A model generated the notes under the pieces. The model was not told the DNA's origin. It saw only the letters and a list, made by a program, of their open reading frames with translations, and made no database searches. From a virus (Duplodnaviria > Caudoviricetes), in IMG/VR virus record IMGVR_UViG_3300011402_000062, positions 1 to 26,319 of that record: a DNA stretch of 26,319 bases, one strand, 5' to 3'. This document shows positions 1 to 7,998 of this stretch, one piece after another (positions within the stretch are counted from its first letter, which is position 1; the number at the start of each line of letters is the position of its first letter). Both the position numbers and the translations under genes were made by a program.

Positions 1-12
1 TCGGGAGCTGAG

Positions 13-70
13 AAAAAGGCACAAAAACAACGCAAAAACAGCACAAAGACTACATAAAAACGGCATAAAG
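13..70 (+). repeat. Imperfect 11-bp tandem repeat with phased A-tracts
   Basis: A-tracts start at 13, 23, 34, 45, 56 and 67 (spacing 10-11 bp). Units resemble GGCACAAAAAC, AGCACAAAGAC, TACATAAAAAC and GGCATAAAGAT. Confidence 0.6.
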
Positions 71-120
71 ATTTAGTGGTCTGCCGTTAAAAGTAGTTGA
101 ATTGAAGAATTAGTAATTGT

Positions 121-166
121 TTTCGACTCTCATTAATAGTGAGAATCGAAATGAGTTACTAACTCA
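121..166 (+). promoter_or_regulatory. Double hairpin immediately upstream of the first gene's RBS
   Basis: TTTCGACTCTCA-TTAATAG-TGAGAATCGAAA (one mismatch), then TGAGTTA-C-TAACTCA, followed by AAAGGAG and ATG at 181. Confidence 0.55.
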
Positions 167-180
167 GAAAGGAGTAAAGC

Positions 181-465
181 ATGATAAAGAAAGGCGCGTT
201 CGTTGAATTCACTGATTTGTGGTATCAAAGTTATCCTCCTGCTAACACGGCCGTAATCAAATACGGCATTTGCATGGAAGATACCGAACGTGAACTTAAT
301 CGGCCCGTGAAAGTAATGCGTGGAGATAAGAGTATTGAATATGCTCATTTCATTCACGCTCATTCATGGGCAGGATGGTGTCCGCCAGAACTAGAAAAAC
401 TCTACGAAGAAGAATTCGCAGAGAATGACTACGATGATTGTGAAGAGTATCCCTCTTCATTCTAG
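181..465 (+). CDS. Hypothetical early phage protein with acidic C-terminus
   Basis: 94-aa ORF with a strong AAGGAG RBS. Confidence 0.8.
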   Translation: MIKKGAFVEFTDLWYQSYPPANTAVIKYGICMEDTERELNRPVKVMRGDKSIEYAHFIHAHSWAGWCPPELEKLYEEEFAENDYDDCEEYPSSF

Positions 466-496
466 TTAGTTAGTTTCTAAAGAAAGGAGGTTTAGA

Positions 497-1081
497 ATGG
501 TTAAGAAGCGAGTCGCTAAGATATTCAAGCTGAAAGATGAGTATGGATACATTAGTCCGTATCAACTCGAAAAGAGAGCCAAGTCTAAACTTCCTACCTT
601 TAGATTCAGGAATCGATTGCATGAATTGAGAGCAATCGAAGGAGTGTATGAGAATACACGATATCCTGATTACCCAATTCATATTTCGTGTCGCTATAAC
701 GATATTCTTCGTGCTAGTGACACTCATCATTTCTATTCATGCTTTCACGCTGATAGAAGTGAGAATATCCAGCCCTTTCTACGGTGTGTTCATCCGGATT
801 GGGCTGTAATCTTTGTTACCGACAAGTCTGGTAAATTCATGGGTAGAACTTGGTTAAGGTTCAATCGAAGAAGTCACGTTGATTGGACTAGTAAGACTGA
901 GGAAGCCTTTGAAATCTTCAAGATGTATGGTAACAAATTGGAGGAACGTGATGTTAAGACTCTACTTGAGTATTTAATTAAGTCACGCCTCAACGCAAAC
1001 ATAGTTGAGGATAAAGAATCCGGCCGTCAAATTCGGATAAAAGGAGGATTATCCGACGACTACTTATCATTCCTTGACTGA
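497..1081 (+). CDS. Hypothetical early phage protein
   Basis: 194-aa ORF with AAGGAGG RBS. Contains conserved-looking YSCF and MGRTWL segments, but no family could be assigned. Confidence 0.8.
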   Translation: MVKKRVAKIFKLKDEYGYISPYQLEKRAKSKLPTFRFRNRLHELRAIEGVYENTRYPDYPIHISCRYNDILRASDTHHFYSCFHADRSENIQPFLRCVHPDWAVIFVTDKSGKFMGRTWLRFNRRSHVDWTSKTEEAFEIFKMYGNKLEERDVKTLLEYLIKSRLNANIVEDKESGRQIRIKGGLSDDYLSFLD

Positions 1082-1409
1082 AGTTATGTGTCATGTTTAG
1101 AGCGATTGCTCTAATGAATAACTGAGGAACGAGGAAGAAATAAGTAAACCAAGTACTTCTAACACCCTTTAGTGTAGTAGGGGTTCATAAGGAGTCGAGG
1201 CCAAATTATTAATATTATTATAAAAAACTACACAGTTTGTATCGCAATCCTAGAGACCGATACAGACCATCTAATCTACGGGTTTTAAGAAAGGCCTGAG
1301 AATCTTTCTTACTATCTTTAGATTAGAGTAATGTTGAAGTAACGGGTGAAAATACCCAATCTACCTTCAACATCCACATTCTTATTAGTAAGCAAGAAGG
1401 GAGGATTAC

Positions 1410-1574
1410 ATGGTCATTTCAACAGTTTGTTCAGCGGACGATTTGGAATCAACAATCGCCACTGAAAAGAGACTTGGAAAGAAGATTCTAGCAGTTGCAC
1501 CGGCACAGCTGAAAAAGCTTTCCACTCGCTCACTTGAGTTCACAGTGACTCATTACGTAGTAGTCACTCAGTAG
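1410..1574 (+). CDS. Hypothetical microprotein (54 aa, MVISTVCSADDLE...VVVTQ), not in ORF track
   Basis: GGGAGG RBS upstream of ATG 1410, open to TAG 1574. Confidence 0.7.
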   Translation: MVISTVCSADDLESTIATEKRLGKKILAVAPAQLKKLSTRSLEFTVTHYVVVTQ

Positions 1575-1590
1575 ACTACGGTAGGTTTCT

Positions 1591-1622
1591 GATAGCTTTG
1601 TCCATAAAAGCTATCCTTCTTC
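1591..1622 (+). terminator. Possible intrinsic terminator or processing hairpin
   Basis: GATAGCTTT-GTCCATA-AAAGCTATC followed by CTTCTTC. The U-tract is weak. Confidence 0.4.
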
Positions 1623-1648
1623 TCAAGCTTTCATTAGTGAGAGCTTGA
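1623..1648 (+). promoter_or_regulatory. Hairpin upstream of RBS, related to the 121-151 hairpin
   Basis: TCAAGCTTTCA-TTAG-TGAGAGCTTGA, then AGGAG and ATG 1661. Shares the TCA-TTA..G-TGAGA core with 121-151. Confidence 0.5.
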
Positions 1649-1660
1649 ATAGGAGAGAAC

Positions 1661-1768
1661 ATGAATCTTTCACAGCAGGACTTCATCGAAGATGAAATCG
1701 ATGAAATCGATGAAGAGATTACTGACGATGAATCTGATGAAGATGAAGAGGATGAAGATGAGGAATAA
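1661..1768 (+). CDS. Hyper-acidic microprotein (35 aa), possible DNA mimic
   Basis: AGGAG RBS. MNLSQQDFIEDEIDEIDEEITDDESDEDEEDEDEE has 22/35 D/E and no K/R. Confidence 0.7.
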   Translation: MNLSQQDFIEDEIDEIDEEITDDESDEDEEDEDEE

Positions 1769-1853
1769 ATACGTAGACGGAATAATCACCGTCGGATTCC
1801 TCGTCATCTGCTGCATCTGTCTCTTTGTAATTGCAGCTCTTTCAGTAGAGTAA
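1758..1853 (+). CDS. Small membrane peptide (31 aa)
   Basis: MRNKYVDGIITVGFLVICCICLFVIAALSVE has a single hydrophobic span and overlaps the previous gene. Confidence 0.55.
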   Translation: MRNKYVDGIITVGFLVICCICLFVIAALSVE

Positions 1854-1857
1854 TGAT

Positions 1858-1890
1858 ATTACTGAGTAGGTTGTCAACTTACTCAGTAAT
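1858..1890 (+). promoter_or_regulatory. Long near-perfect hairpin between early microgenes
   Basis: ATTACTGAGTAGGTTG-T-CAACTTACTCAGTAAT. Confidence 0.5.
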
Positions 1891-1912
1891 TACTTATTTG
1901 AAGGAGTATTCA

Positions 1913-2020
1913 ATGAGAGAAGAGGAAGCACCTCCAGAGTTCACTGAGATTGTTATGTCTTTTCTAATAATCTCTATCATTCTATTTGGAGTATTCTCAG
2001 GATTGTTTGGGAAGGGATAA
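1913..2020 (+). CDS. Small membrane peptide (35 aa)
   Basis: AAGGAG RBS. Sequence MREEEAPPEFTEIVMSFLIISIILFGVFSGLFGKG. Confidence 0.65.
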   Translation: MREEEAPPEFTEIVMSFLIISIILFGVFSGLFGKG

Positions 2021-2022
2021 AT

Positions 2023-2151
2023 ATGTGTGACATTTGTAACGGACTCCGTTGCACTAGACCAACATACATTCACGGTTCATTCTTTGGAATGTTTTGTTTA
2101 GATTGTCATCATTGGTTTGTCAACATTATCTTTCCAATGAAAGAGAGTTAA
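2023..2151 (+). CDS. Small zinc-finger protein (42 aa)
   Basis: MCDICNGLRC...FCLDCHHW contains CxxC...CxxC. GAAGGGA RBS. Confidence 0.6.
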   Translation: MCDICNGLRCTRPTYIHGSFFGMFCLDCHHWFVNIIFPMKES

Positions 2152-2152
2152 T

Positions 2153-2257
2153 ATGCTTGGAAAGATAGTTAAGAGTCTTGCTTCGATACGGCCGCCGAAA
2201 GGCGCGGTTATTGTAGTAATCAATAAGCAAGGCACTCACGTAACCAAAGTGAAATGA
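2153..2257 (+). CDS. Small basic hypothetical protein (34 aa)
   Basis: MLGKIVKSLASIRPPKGAVIVVINKQGTHVTKVK. ATGA overlap with the next gene. Confidence 0.55.
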   Translation: MLGKIVKSLASIRPPKGAVIVVINKQGTHVTKVK

Positions 2258-2460
2258 GAATAAGAGTGTTCACAATCACTATCTACGATAGTCGCTCTAA
2301 AAAGGACATCGTTCTATTCACTCTCAACAGAGCAAAGGTTGAGGAAGTCTGCAATATGCTCGTTCCTAAGATTGACGATGATGTAGTAATCAAATCACCG
2401 GGTTCTGAAGGGAAGAGTAGACTTCTAATCGAACAATTCATTGAGGAAATCAAGAAATGA
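2254..2460 (+). CDS. Hypothetical protein
   Basis: 68 aa, with ATGA translational coupling at both ends. Confidence 0.75.
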   Translation: MRIRVFTITIYDSRSKKDIVLFTLNRAKVEEVCNMLVPKIDDDVVIKSPGSEGKSRLLIEQFIEEIKK

Positions 2461-2762
2461 CCTTAGAAGAATTCCTCTCTCATTTAGAAAAAACACCAAG
2501 AGATTGGTGTTATTCTAATATCATTGGAAGTGATACACTTCGTCGTTATCCTGAGCCAGATAGGTCTTGCTGTCCAATTACAGCAGTAGCAGAAATGCTA
2601 TCAGGAAAAGAATACAACGTAAGTGACTTTCCTCAAGCTGCTAAGTATCTTGGACTTCACAAAATCTATATTGAGGATATACTCGCCGCGGCCGATTTAG
2701 AAACTAAACAATCATCAACAATGAGAATCCTTCTCATTAGAGCCTGTGGACTTTCATTATGA
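2457..2762 (+). CDS. Hypothetical phage protein
   Basis: 101 aa, GAGG RBS, ATGA coupling. Confidence 0.8.
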   Translation: MTLEEFLSHLEKTPRDWCYSNIIGSDTLRRYPEPDRSCCPITAVAEMLSGKEYNVSDFPQAAKYLGLHKIYIEDILAAADLETKQSSTMRILLIRACGLSL

Positions 2763-2917
2763 AACTAAGAGCATCGCAAGTTCACGAAGTCTATCTTGCA
2801 TCTAGCAAGAGTAACTATATTGCTAGAACTGAATACAAGAAAGGGTTCCGAAAGGGACTCTTTCTTGGATTTCTCTATTCCATTCTCATTGCAATCGTTA
2901 TCATCGCACTCCAATGA
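2759..2917 (+). CDS. Small protein with C-terminal transmembrane helix (52 aa), not in ORF track
   Basis: MKLRASQ...GLFLGFLYSILIAIVIIALQ. ATGA overlaps at both ends fill the gap exactly. Confidence 0.7.
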   Translation: MKLRASQVHEVYLASSKSNYIARTEYKKGFRKGLFLGFLYSILIAIVIIALQ

Positions 2918-3120
2918 TTAAAGAATTAAGGCACTTCGAGGTCGTTTGTCAGTCTTGTAATACACACTATTACATTGATTTCAGGCTACCTCGTGGCGTC
3001 TATAATTTAAATCTCCAGAAGTATGGAAATAAGATAATCATGCGATTTGGTTCGTCTGATTGTCCATTCTGTATTTTCGATGAGGACTTTGCCAAAGAAA
3101 TGGAGGAAAAAGATAAATGA
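2914..3120 (+). CDS. Zinc-ribbon-like hypothetical protein
   Basis: CQSC...CPFC. Translationally coupled to its neighbours. Confidence 0.7.
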   Translation: MIKELRHFEVVCQSCNTHYYIDFRLPRGVYNLNLQKYGNKIIMRFGSSDCPFCIFDEDFAKEMEEKDK

Positions 3121-3320
3121 GTTCAGATATGATTAAGAAGTTCTGGCTCTATCCGAATCTTAGACAACAGATTCCTAACATGATTGATAATGCTAGGAAA
3201 AAGTTCTTTAAGTTGCAAGATGCTGCTTACAGAGCTGAGAATGACTGGCATGATATGGAAAGAGAATACAGTCATCTCTTAGCAGTAGAAGCAAGAGAAG
3301 CTCGTGAACGGAAAATGTAA
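3117..3320 (+). CDS. Hypothetical helical protein
   Basis: 67 aa, GGAGG RBS. Confidence 0.75.
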   Translation: MSSDMIKKFWLYPNLRQQIPNMIDNARKKFFKLQDAAYRAENDWHDMEREYSHLLAVEAREARERKM

Positions 3321-3903
3321 ATTCTGCAATGCAGAAACGGAAGATATTTACTACATCTTCTGTGATATGCAATGTCAGGAATATCATTTCGTAGGAGTGG
3401 AGAGAAAAATGAAAAGTGAGAGGATAAATCTTCCAGAAGAACTTTATAAGAGTTGGCTGGAAGATGAAACAAACAGAGTTGATGCTCTGTCTACTGAACA
3501 AGTAGGAGAACGTATCATGGATTTGGAGAAACTAATCTTCGAATCTAAGACTCGTCTTTCTATAGCGTACCAAAGAAAGATTAAACTCCAAGGTGCTGAT
3601 TGGGCTGAGAATAGTAAGTCAATCTCCTCTCCAGACTTTAGAGTTAATTACGAGAAAGATCAAAGAAATAGGGAACCAAGAGTCAAACAGACTAAGGAAG
3701 AGAAAGCAGCGAAGCAAACAGAAGCAGCAGGAATTGACCCACAGAAGCTGAAAGAGCTAATTAAGCAGAAGATGCTTGAAAGAGCTAAGAAGCCAATGGT
3801 TGCTCCTGTAGTAGAAAAGAAAGAAGAAGTAGTAGAAGATAAACCTAAGTCCGCGACAGCGGTCATTCCCATTCTAATGAGTGATGATGACGATTTTGAC
3901 TAA
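3304..3903 (+). CDS. Hypothetical charged coiled-coil protein (possible second start at 3409)
   Basis: The GTG start gives an N-terminal CxxC..CxxxC. Internal ATG 3409 has its own GGAG RBS. Acidic C-terminal tail DDDDFD. Confidence 0.75.
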   Translation: MNGKCKFCNAETEDIYYIFCDMQCQEYHFVGVERKMKSERINLPEELYKSWLEDETNRVDALSTEQVGERIMDLEKLIFESKTRLSIAYQRKIKLQGADWAENSKSISSPDFRVNYEKDQRNREPRVKQTKEEKAAKQTEAAGIDPQKLKELIKQKMLERAKKPMVAPVVEKKEEVVEDKPKSATAVIPILMSDDDDFD

Positions 3904-3917
3904 AGAAAGGAGGAAAG

Positions 3918-5663
3918 ATGATTTGTCCGAAGTGTAATCAAGAAGTAACAATCAAGAGTCAGGTATTGAGTATTGTAACTCTTAGTTGCAATCACTCAGT
4001 TCCCAAGAGTAAACTTCCTGTAGATAGACAGGAGTATCTTGATGAAGTTGACAATCTAGTAGAAGTAATTGAGAGGAATAGAGGACTAGAGATAGTTGAT
4101 TTCGCTCCTGAGATTCCTAAAGTAGTGATTCCTGAAGTAGTAGAGGAAAAACTAGGAGCGGGAGAAGTATCTCAAATTGAATTCAAGTCTATGGACGGCC
4201 GCGTTCCATACGAATTTCAGAGAGATGGAATTAAGTTCATTCGTGATTCAGGATTTAGATGCCTGATTGCTGATGAAATGGGACTTGGAAAGACTATTCA
4301 AGCTCTCGGTTCATTGAAATACAATAGAGAAGAAACTCTACCAGCGTTGCTAGTAGTTAAGTCTTCTCTAAAGCTCCAGTGGTTTAGTGAAGCAGTAAGA
4401 TGGTTGGGAGTTAAAGGGTTTCTCTGTCAAGTTATTACTGATGGCAAGACAGAACCAGTTCCCGGTATCTTTCAACTATACATCGTGTCCTACGATGTAT
4501 TGAGACGGTTTACTAAGAAGAGTAAGGTAAAGACTACAACTAAGTATGGAATGGAGAAGGAAGAAGATAAGTTCGAGAATCCTTTCTATACTTTCCCGTT
4601 CAAGACTATTATTCTTGACGAAGCTCAGTCGATTAAGAACATCAAATCTACTAGAACAGGTGAGATTTTCAGGATTTGCGAGACTGTTCCTAACATTATC
4701 GCACTCTCTGGAACTCCTTTCAAGAATAACATCTTGGAATACTATCCAATCCTCCATCTACTCAGACCAGATATCTTCTACTCAGAAGAGTCATTTGAGA
4801 AGCAGCATGTTAAGTATGGTTGGATTGGTTCCTCTTATAAACCAGTTGGATTAAGAGACCCTAAGTATTTCAAAGAACTTACTGAGTCTTTCATCATCAG
4901 AAGGGAAAGGAAAGAAGTTCTTCCTCAACTTCCTGAGATTAATCGAGTGTTTCATCATGTAGACTTCGAGACTGAGAAGATGAAACGCGATTACTACTCA
5001 GCAGAAGATGAATTGATTAGGAAGTATGAGGAGAATGCAAAATCTAAATCTCCTCAAGAAATCCTTGGAATCATGGCAGTCTGTAGACATATCGTTGGAC
5101 TAACAAAGGTTAAGCCAACGGTAGAGAAGATTACAGAATTTCTATTAGAGACAGATAGAAAACTAGTAGTCTTTGCTCATCATCAAGATGTAATGGAACT
5201 AATACATCTTCTGACTACAAACTGGTGTTTGGATGGCGGTCTAGAACTACCGCTGAAGTTTCACAGCGGACTAGGAGCTGAAGAAAGAAACGACATGATT
5301 ACGAAGTTTCGAGAAGGTAATTCTCGAATCATGATTGCTTCTACTCTAGCCGCCGGCGAGGGACTTAATCTACAGTTCTGTAGTGACTGTATCATTGTTG
5401 AGAGACAATGGAATCCAGCTAATGAAGAACAGGCAGAAGGAAGATTCATTAGAATAGGTCAGGAACGCAATCAGGTAAACGCTATTTACATGATTGTTTC
5501 AGGGACTATCGATGAGTGGTTCACTGAGATTGTAGAAGAAAAACGAAGAGCTTTCAAATCTACAATGCTAGGCAAGGAAGTTACTGAAACAGGAAGTCTC
5601 TTGCAGGAACTGATGAATGTTCTACTTAGCAAGGGCCGAAACAGAACGATTCGAGGATTCTAA
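3918..5663 (+). CDS. SNF2-family (HARP/SMARCAL1-like) helicase/ATPase
   Basis: Motifs LIADEMGLGKT (Walker A), ILDEAQ (Walker B), LSGTP, GEGLNL and QAEGRFIRIGQ (motif VI). AAGGAGG RBS. Confidence 0.93.
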   Translation: MICPKCNQEVTIKSQVLSIVTLSCNHSVPKSKLPVDRQEYLDEVDNLVEVIERNRGLEIVDFAPEIPKVVIPEVVEEKLGAGEVSQIEFKSMDGRVPYEFQRDGIKFIRDSGFRCLIADEMGLGKTIQALGSLKYNREETLPALLVVKSSLKLQWFSEAVRWLGVKGFLCQVITDGKTEPVPGIFQLYIVSYDVLRRFTKKSKVKTTTKYGMEKEEDKFENPFYTFPFKTIILDEAQSIKNIKSTRTGEIFRICETVPNIIALSGTPFKNNILEYYPILHLLRPDIFYSEESFEKQHVKYGWIGSSYKPVGLRDPKYFKELTESFIIRRERKEVLPQLPEINRVFHHVDFETEKMKRDYYSAEDELIRKYEENAKSKSPQEILGIMAVCRHIVGLTKVKPTVEKITEFLLETDRKLVVFAHHQDVMELIHLLTTNWCLDGGLELPLKFHSGLGAEERNDMITKFREGNSRIMIASTLAAGEGLNLQFCSDCIIVERQWNPANEEQAEGRFIRIGQERNQVNAIYMIVSGTIDEWFTEIVEEKRRAFKSTMLGKEVTETGSLLQELMNVLLSKGRNRTIRGF

Positions 5664-5767
5664 TGAGTGAATATCAATTCCACTGGCTATTAGCTGCATT
5701 AGGAGCAATCGTTGGTGGACAGATAGTAACTAACTATCATCTTCATCAGTTAAGGAGAAAGAAATGA
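5663..5767 (+). CDS. Small membrane peptide (34 aa)
   Basis: TAATG coupling. Sequence MSEYQFHWLLAALGAIVGGQIVTNYHLHQLRRKK. Confidence 0.55.
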   Translation: MSEYQFHWLLAALGAIVGGQIVTNYHLHQLRRKK

Positions 5768-5892
5768 GAAAAGCAAAACTCCGTAAGCAAGAGCGTAAGA
5801 AGAACCATTTGAAGAACGTAAAGATTAATCAGGCTAAGAAGGCTGCAAGAAAGGCAGAAAGAGAGAGGATTAAGTATGGTCCGCAAGATTAA
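5764..5892 (+). CDS. Highly basic microprotein (42 aa)
   Basis: AAGGAG RBS. Sequence MRKAKLRKQERKKNHLKNVKINQAKKAARKAERERIKYGPQD. Confidence 0.65.
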   Translation: MRKAKLRKQERKKNHLKNVKINQAKKAARKAERERIKYGPQD

Positions 5893-6082
5893 GTGGAAAG
5901 GGGAGGATTTCCTCCTCGTTTCTCTTAGTAAGAATACTCTAGAAGGTGCTATCACTACTAGAGAATTATATAACAATTTCGATGAGAGTATTGCTCATCT
6001 TTATGAGGATGGAGAGATTTGTCAGCACGGCCGCGTCATAGGCAACATTAAAGAAATAGAGTTCCTAGGAGAAGAAGAATGA
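5876..6082 (+). CDS. Hypothetical protein
   Basis: 68 aa, GAGG RBS. Confidence 0.75.
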   Translation: MVRKIKWKGEDFLLVSLSKNTLEGAITTRELYNNFDESIAHLYEDGEICQHGRVIGNIKEIEFLGEEE

Positions 6083-6273
6083 ATCATGAACTAGCAGAGA
6101 AGAAAGCAAGTGAACTACAGTCTCTAATGGGAGTAATTAACAATCGTTTTCTGTTACTCTCCAGTGAAGATTTCAAGATGCTATCTATTGACCCAGTTCT
6201 CTGGGCAATAGTGTCTGGGCAGTTACAGGACGCTTCTAAGATAGCTAGAGAAATCTCTAAACTCTGTACGTAA
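6079..6273 (+). CDS. Hypothetical protein
   Basis: 64 aa, AGGAG RBS, ATGA coupling. Confidence 0.75.
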   Translation: MNHELAEKKASELQSLMGVINNRFLLLSSEDFKMLSIDPVLWAIVSGQLQDASKIAREISKLCT

Positions 6274-6295
6274 AAGAGAGAAAGGGCCGAAGGCA

Positions 6296-6604
6296 GTGAC
6301 TAAGAAAAAGATTACTCGAATAGTCGAGATACACCTACATCGTTCAAAGAAGCAACCCAGTCTTTGTCACGTAGTAGCTGTACTTTTTCCGTGTACTCAT
6401 CACAAGTATTTAGGAATTACCAAAACTCCTGAAGGAATGGAGGGTGATTTCCGTCGAGCTGATACAGTTAAGATTTGGAATCCCACATACTATTCGGTCA
6501 GCGACCGAGAAGGATGTTTCTCTTGTCCAAGTAACGAAGGAATGTGGCTTCATGACCTTCCTCGTTTGGATGAATTAAAAGAGATAGAAGAGGAGGTTGA
6601 TTGA
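6296..6604 (+). CDS. Hypothetical protein
   Basis: 102 aa, GTG start, fills the gap between neighbours. Confidence 0.65.
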   Translation: MTKKKITRIVEIHLHRSKKQPSLCHVVAVLFPCTHHKYLGITKTPEGMEGDFRRADTVKIWNPTYYSVSDREGCFSCPSNEGMWLHDLPRLDELKEIEEEVD

Positions 6605-7005
6605 AAACCATCTTCGTTAGACATAAGAAAAAGAAAATACTCATCAAGAAAGATAGAACAGTCAAAGAGATTGCTTGGTTAGCAGGGATTCTAGAAGGAG
6701 AGGGTTGTTTTGATTTCGCAAACGGCCATCCCAGAATCAAAGTAAAAATGACTGACGAAGATATCGTTACTAGAGTCGCTAAACTATTTAACCGTGTTCA
6801 TAACGGTGGTGCCTACAATACTAAGAGCTGGCACAAAATAGTTTACGAAACATCTTGTCGTGGCCCGTGGGCTATAGGTTGGATGCAAACCATTTACCCT
6901 TTTATGGGTAATAGAAGAAGGGAGAAGATAAGGAGTATCATATACAGATACTCAAACAGAGACATCGCCCCTGTCCTCGATTTAGGTCAGTCGAGCTTTA
7001 GTTGA
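6601..7005 (+). CDS. Single-motif LAGLIDADG homing endonuclease (free-standing)
   Basis: IAWLAGILEGEGCF is a LAGLIDADG helix, followed by KMTDEDIV and a typical C-terminal PFM..RR..I. GGAGG RBS before TTG. Confidence 0.85.
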   Translation: MKTIFVRHKKKKILIKKDRTVKEIAWLAGILEGEGCFDFANGHPRIKVKMTDEDIVTRVAKLFNRVHNGGAYNTKSWHKIVYETSCRGPWAIGWMQTIYPFMGNRRREKIRSIIYRYSNRDIAPVLDLGQSSFS

Positions 7006-7030
7006 CAAGTGGTGACGGTTGTGATACAAT
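7002..7030 (+). promoter_or_regulatory. Sigma70-type promoter
   Basis: TTGACA-17 nt-TACAAT. Shares TGTGATACAATG with the promoter at 9995. Confidence 0.85.
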
Positions 7031-7100
7031 GGTCTTAGTAGGGCGGGGTGTTCCCGTCCACTAATTCGGTGAAATGAGAAAAAGGTAAAAGGAAAAAGAA

Positions 7101-7562
7101 ATGTCTATTGAACTCGTACAGATGTCGAAGAATACCCGTGGTAAGGATTCGCGCACTATTACTTTCATGGGTATCGGACGCCCAGTTGAACGTACTATTG
7201 CTCGCGAAACAGATGAAGAGGGAAAGCCTCTCGGTAAAGACGCTGCTGGTAATCAGATTACCCGCGATGAAGTAGTTACAGAGATGACTCATGTTGGAGT
7301 AGTTACTTCACTTGAAGATGCTCTGGAACTCGTTGGTGGAGATACACAGCGTTTTCTGGATGATTTTGCATTCGGATTCAATCGTGAAGCTTATCAGAAC
7401 GAAGCTGATAAGGATGAATTGGACCCGTATGTTGAAGGTCTGGACCCGAAGGCTGCAAAAGCACGAAAGACTGTCATTCGTGGACTTGCAAAGACTCTCA
7501 ACATGGGAGTTTTGGATGCAGCAGAGATTGTCAAGGCTGCTGCTGTCGAAGCTGCTGCGTAA
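7101..7562 (+). CDS. Hypothetical protein, probably highly expressed
   Basis: 153 aa, with its own consensus promoter, purine-rich leader, CGT/GGT/GCT-biased codons and terminator. Confidence 0.85.
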   Translation: MSIELVQMSKNTRGKDSRTITFMGIGRPVERTIARETDEEGKPLGKDAAGNQITRDEVVTEMTHVGVVTSLEDALELVGGDTQRFLDDFAFGFNREAYQNEADKDELDPYVEGLDPKAAKARKTVIRGLAKTLNMGVLDAAEIVKAAAVEAAA

Positions 7563-7571
7563 TAGAGCTAA

Positions 7572-7615
7572 AGATTGGGAGGGACAGAATATCGTCCCTC
7601 TCAATATCTTTTTTT
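7572..7615 (+). terminator. Rho-independent terminator
   Basis: ATTGGGAGGGAC-loop-GTCCCTCTCAAT followed by ATCTTTTTTT. Confidence 0.85.
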
Positions 7616-7667
7616 GTTTTAGTTATAGTTAAAGTTCACGCTAATTGAAACAAACAAGGAGCGAACA

Positions 7668-7985
7668 GTGACTCAGAAACGTGCAGATACCTATGAAGAG
7701 TTCTTCAAAGGTTGTAACGATAACCAGCGAGCTTTAGTAGAAAGAATGTTAGGCGATGCTGGTGTTCTCGGTATTCCTGCTGAAGAAGTCAAGAAGTTAG
7801 TTGTCGAAGCAGTTAAGATTGAAGTGAAAGAAGAAGTCGGTGAAAAGCATCGCGAAGAAAAGCGTGAAGATGAACGTCGTGATGCAAGACGCGATGGTGA
7901 ACGTGGAGAAAAGCCTACGAATGATTTACCGGGTTCGGTGAATCGTCCAAGTCAGGGTATTCCACCTGCACAGCCAAAGAAGTAA
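7668..7985 (+). CDS. Hypothetical charged protein with low-complexity C-terminus
   Basis: 105 aa, AAGGAG RBS, GTG start. Confidence 0.8.
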   Translation: MTQKRADTYEEFFKGCNDNQRALVERMLGDAGVLGIPAEEVKKLVVEAVKIEVKEEVGEKHREEKREDERRDARRDGERGEKPTNDLPGSVNRPSQGIPPAQPKK

Positions 7986-7998
7986 GTAGTTAAAGTTT

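Noticed and set aside
1218-1232. preQ1-I-like tail TATAAAAAACTA
   Set aside because: There is no upstream P1 stem-loop with the preQ1 loop consensus.
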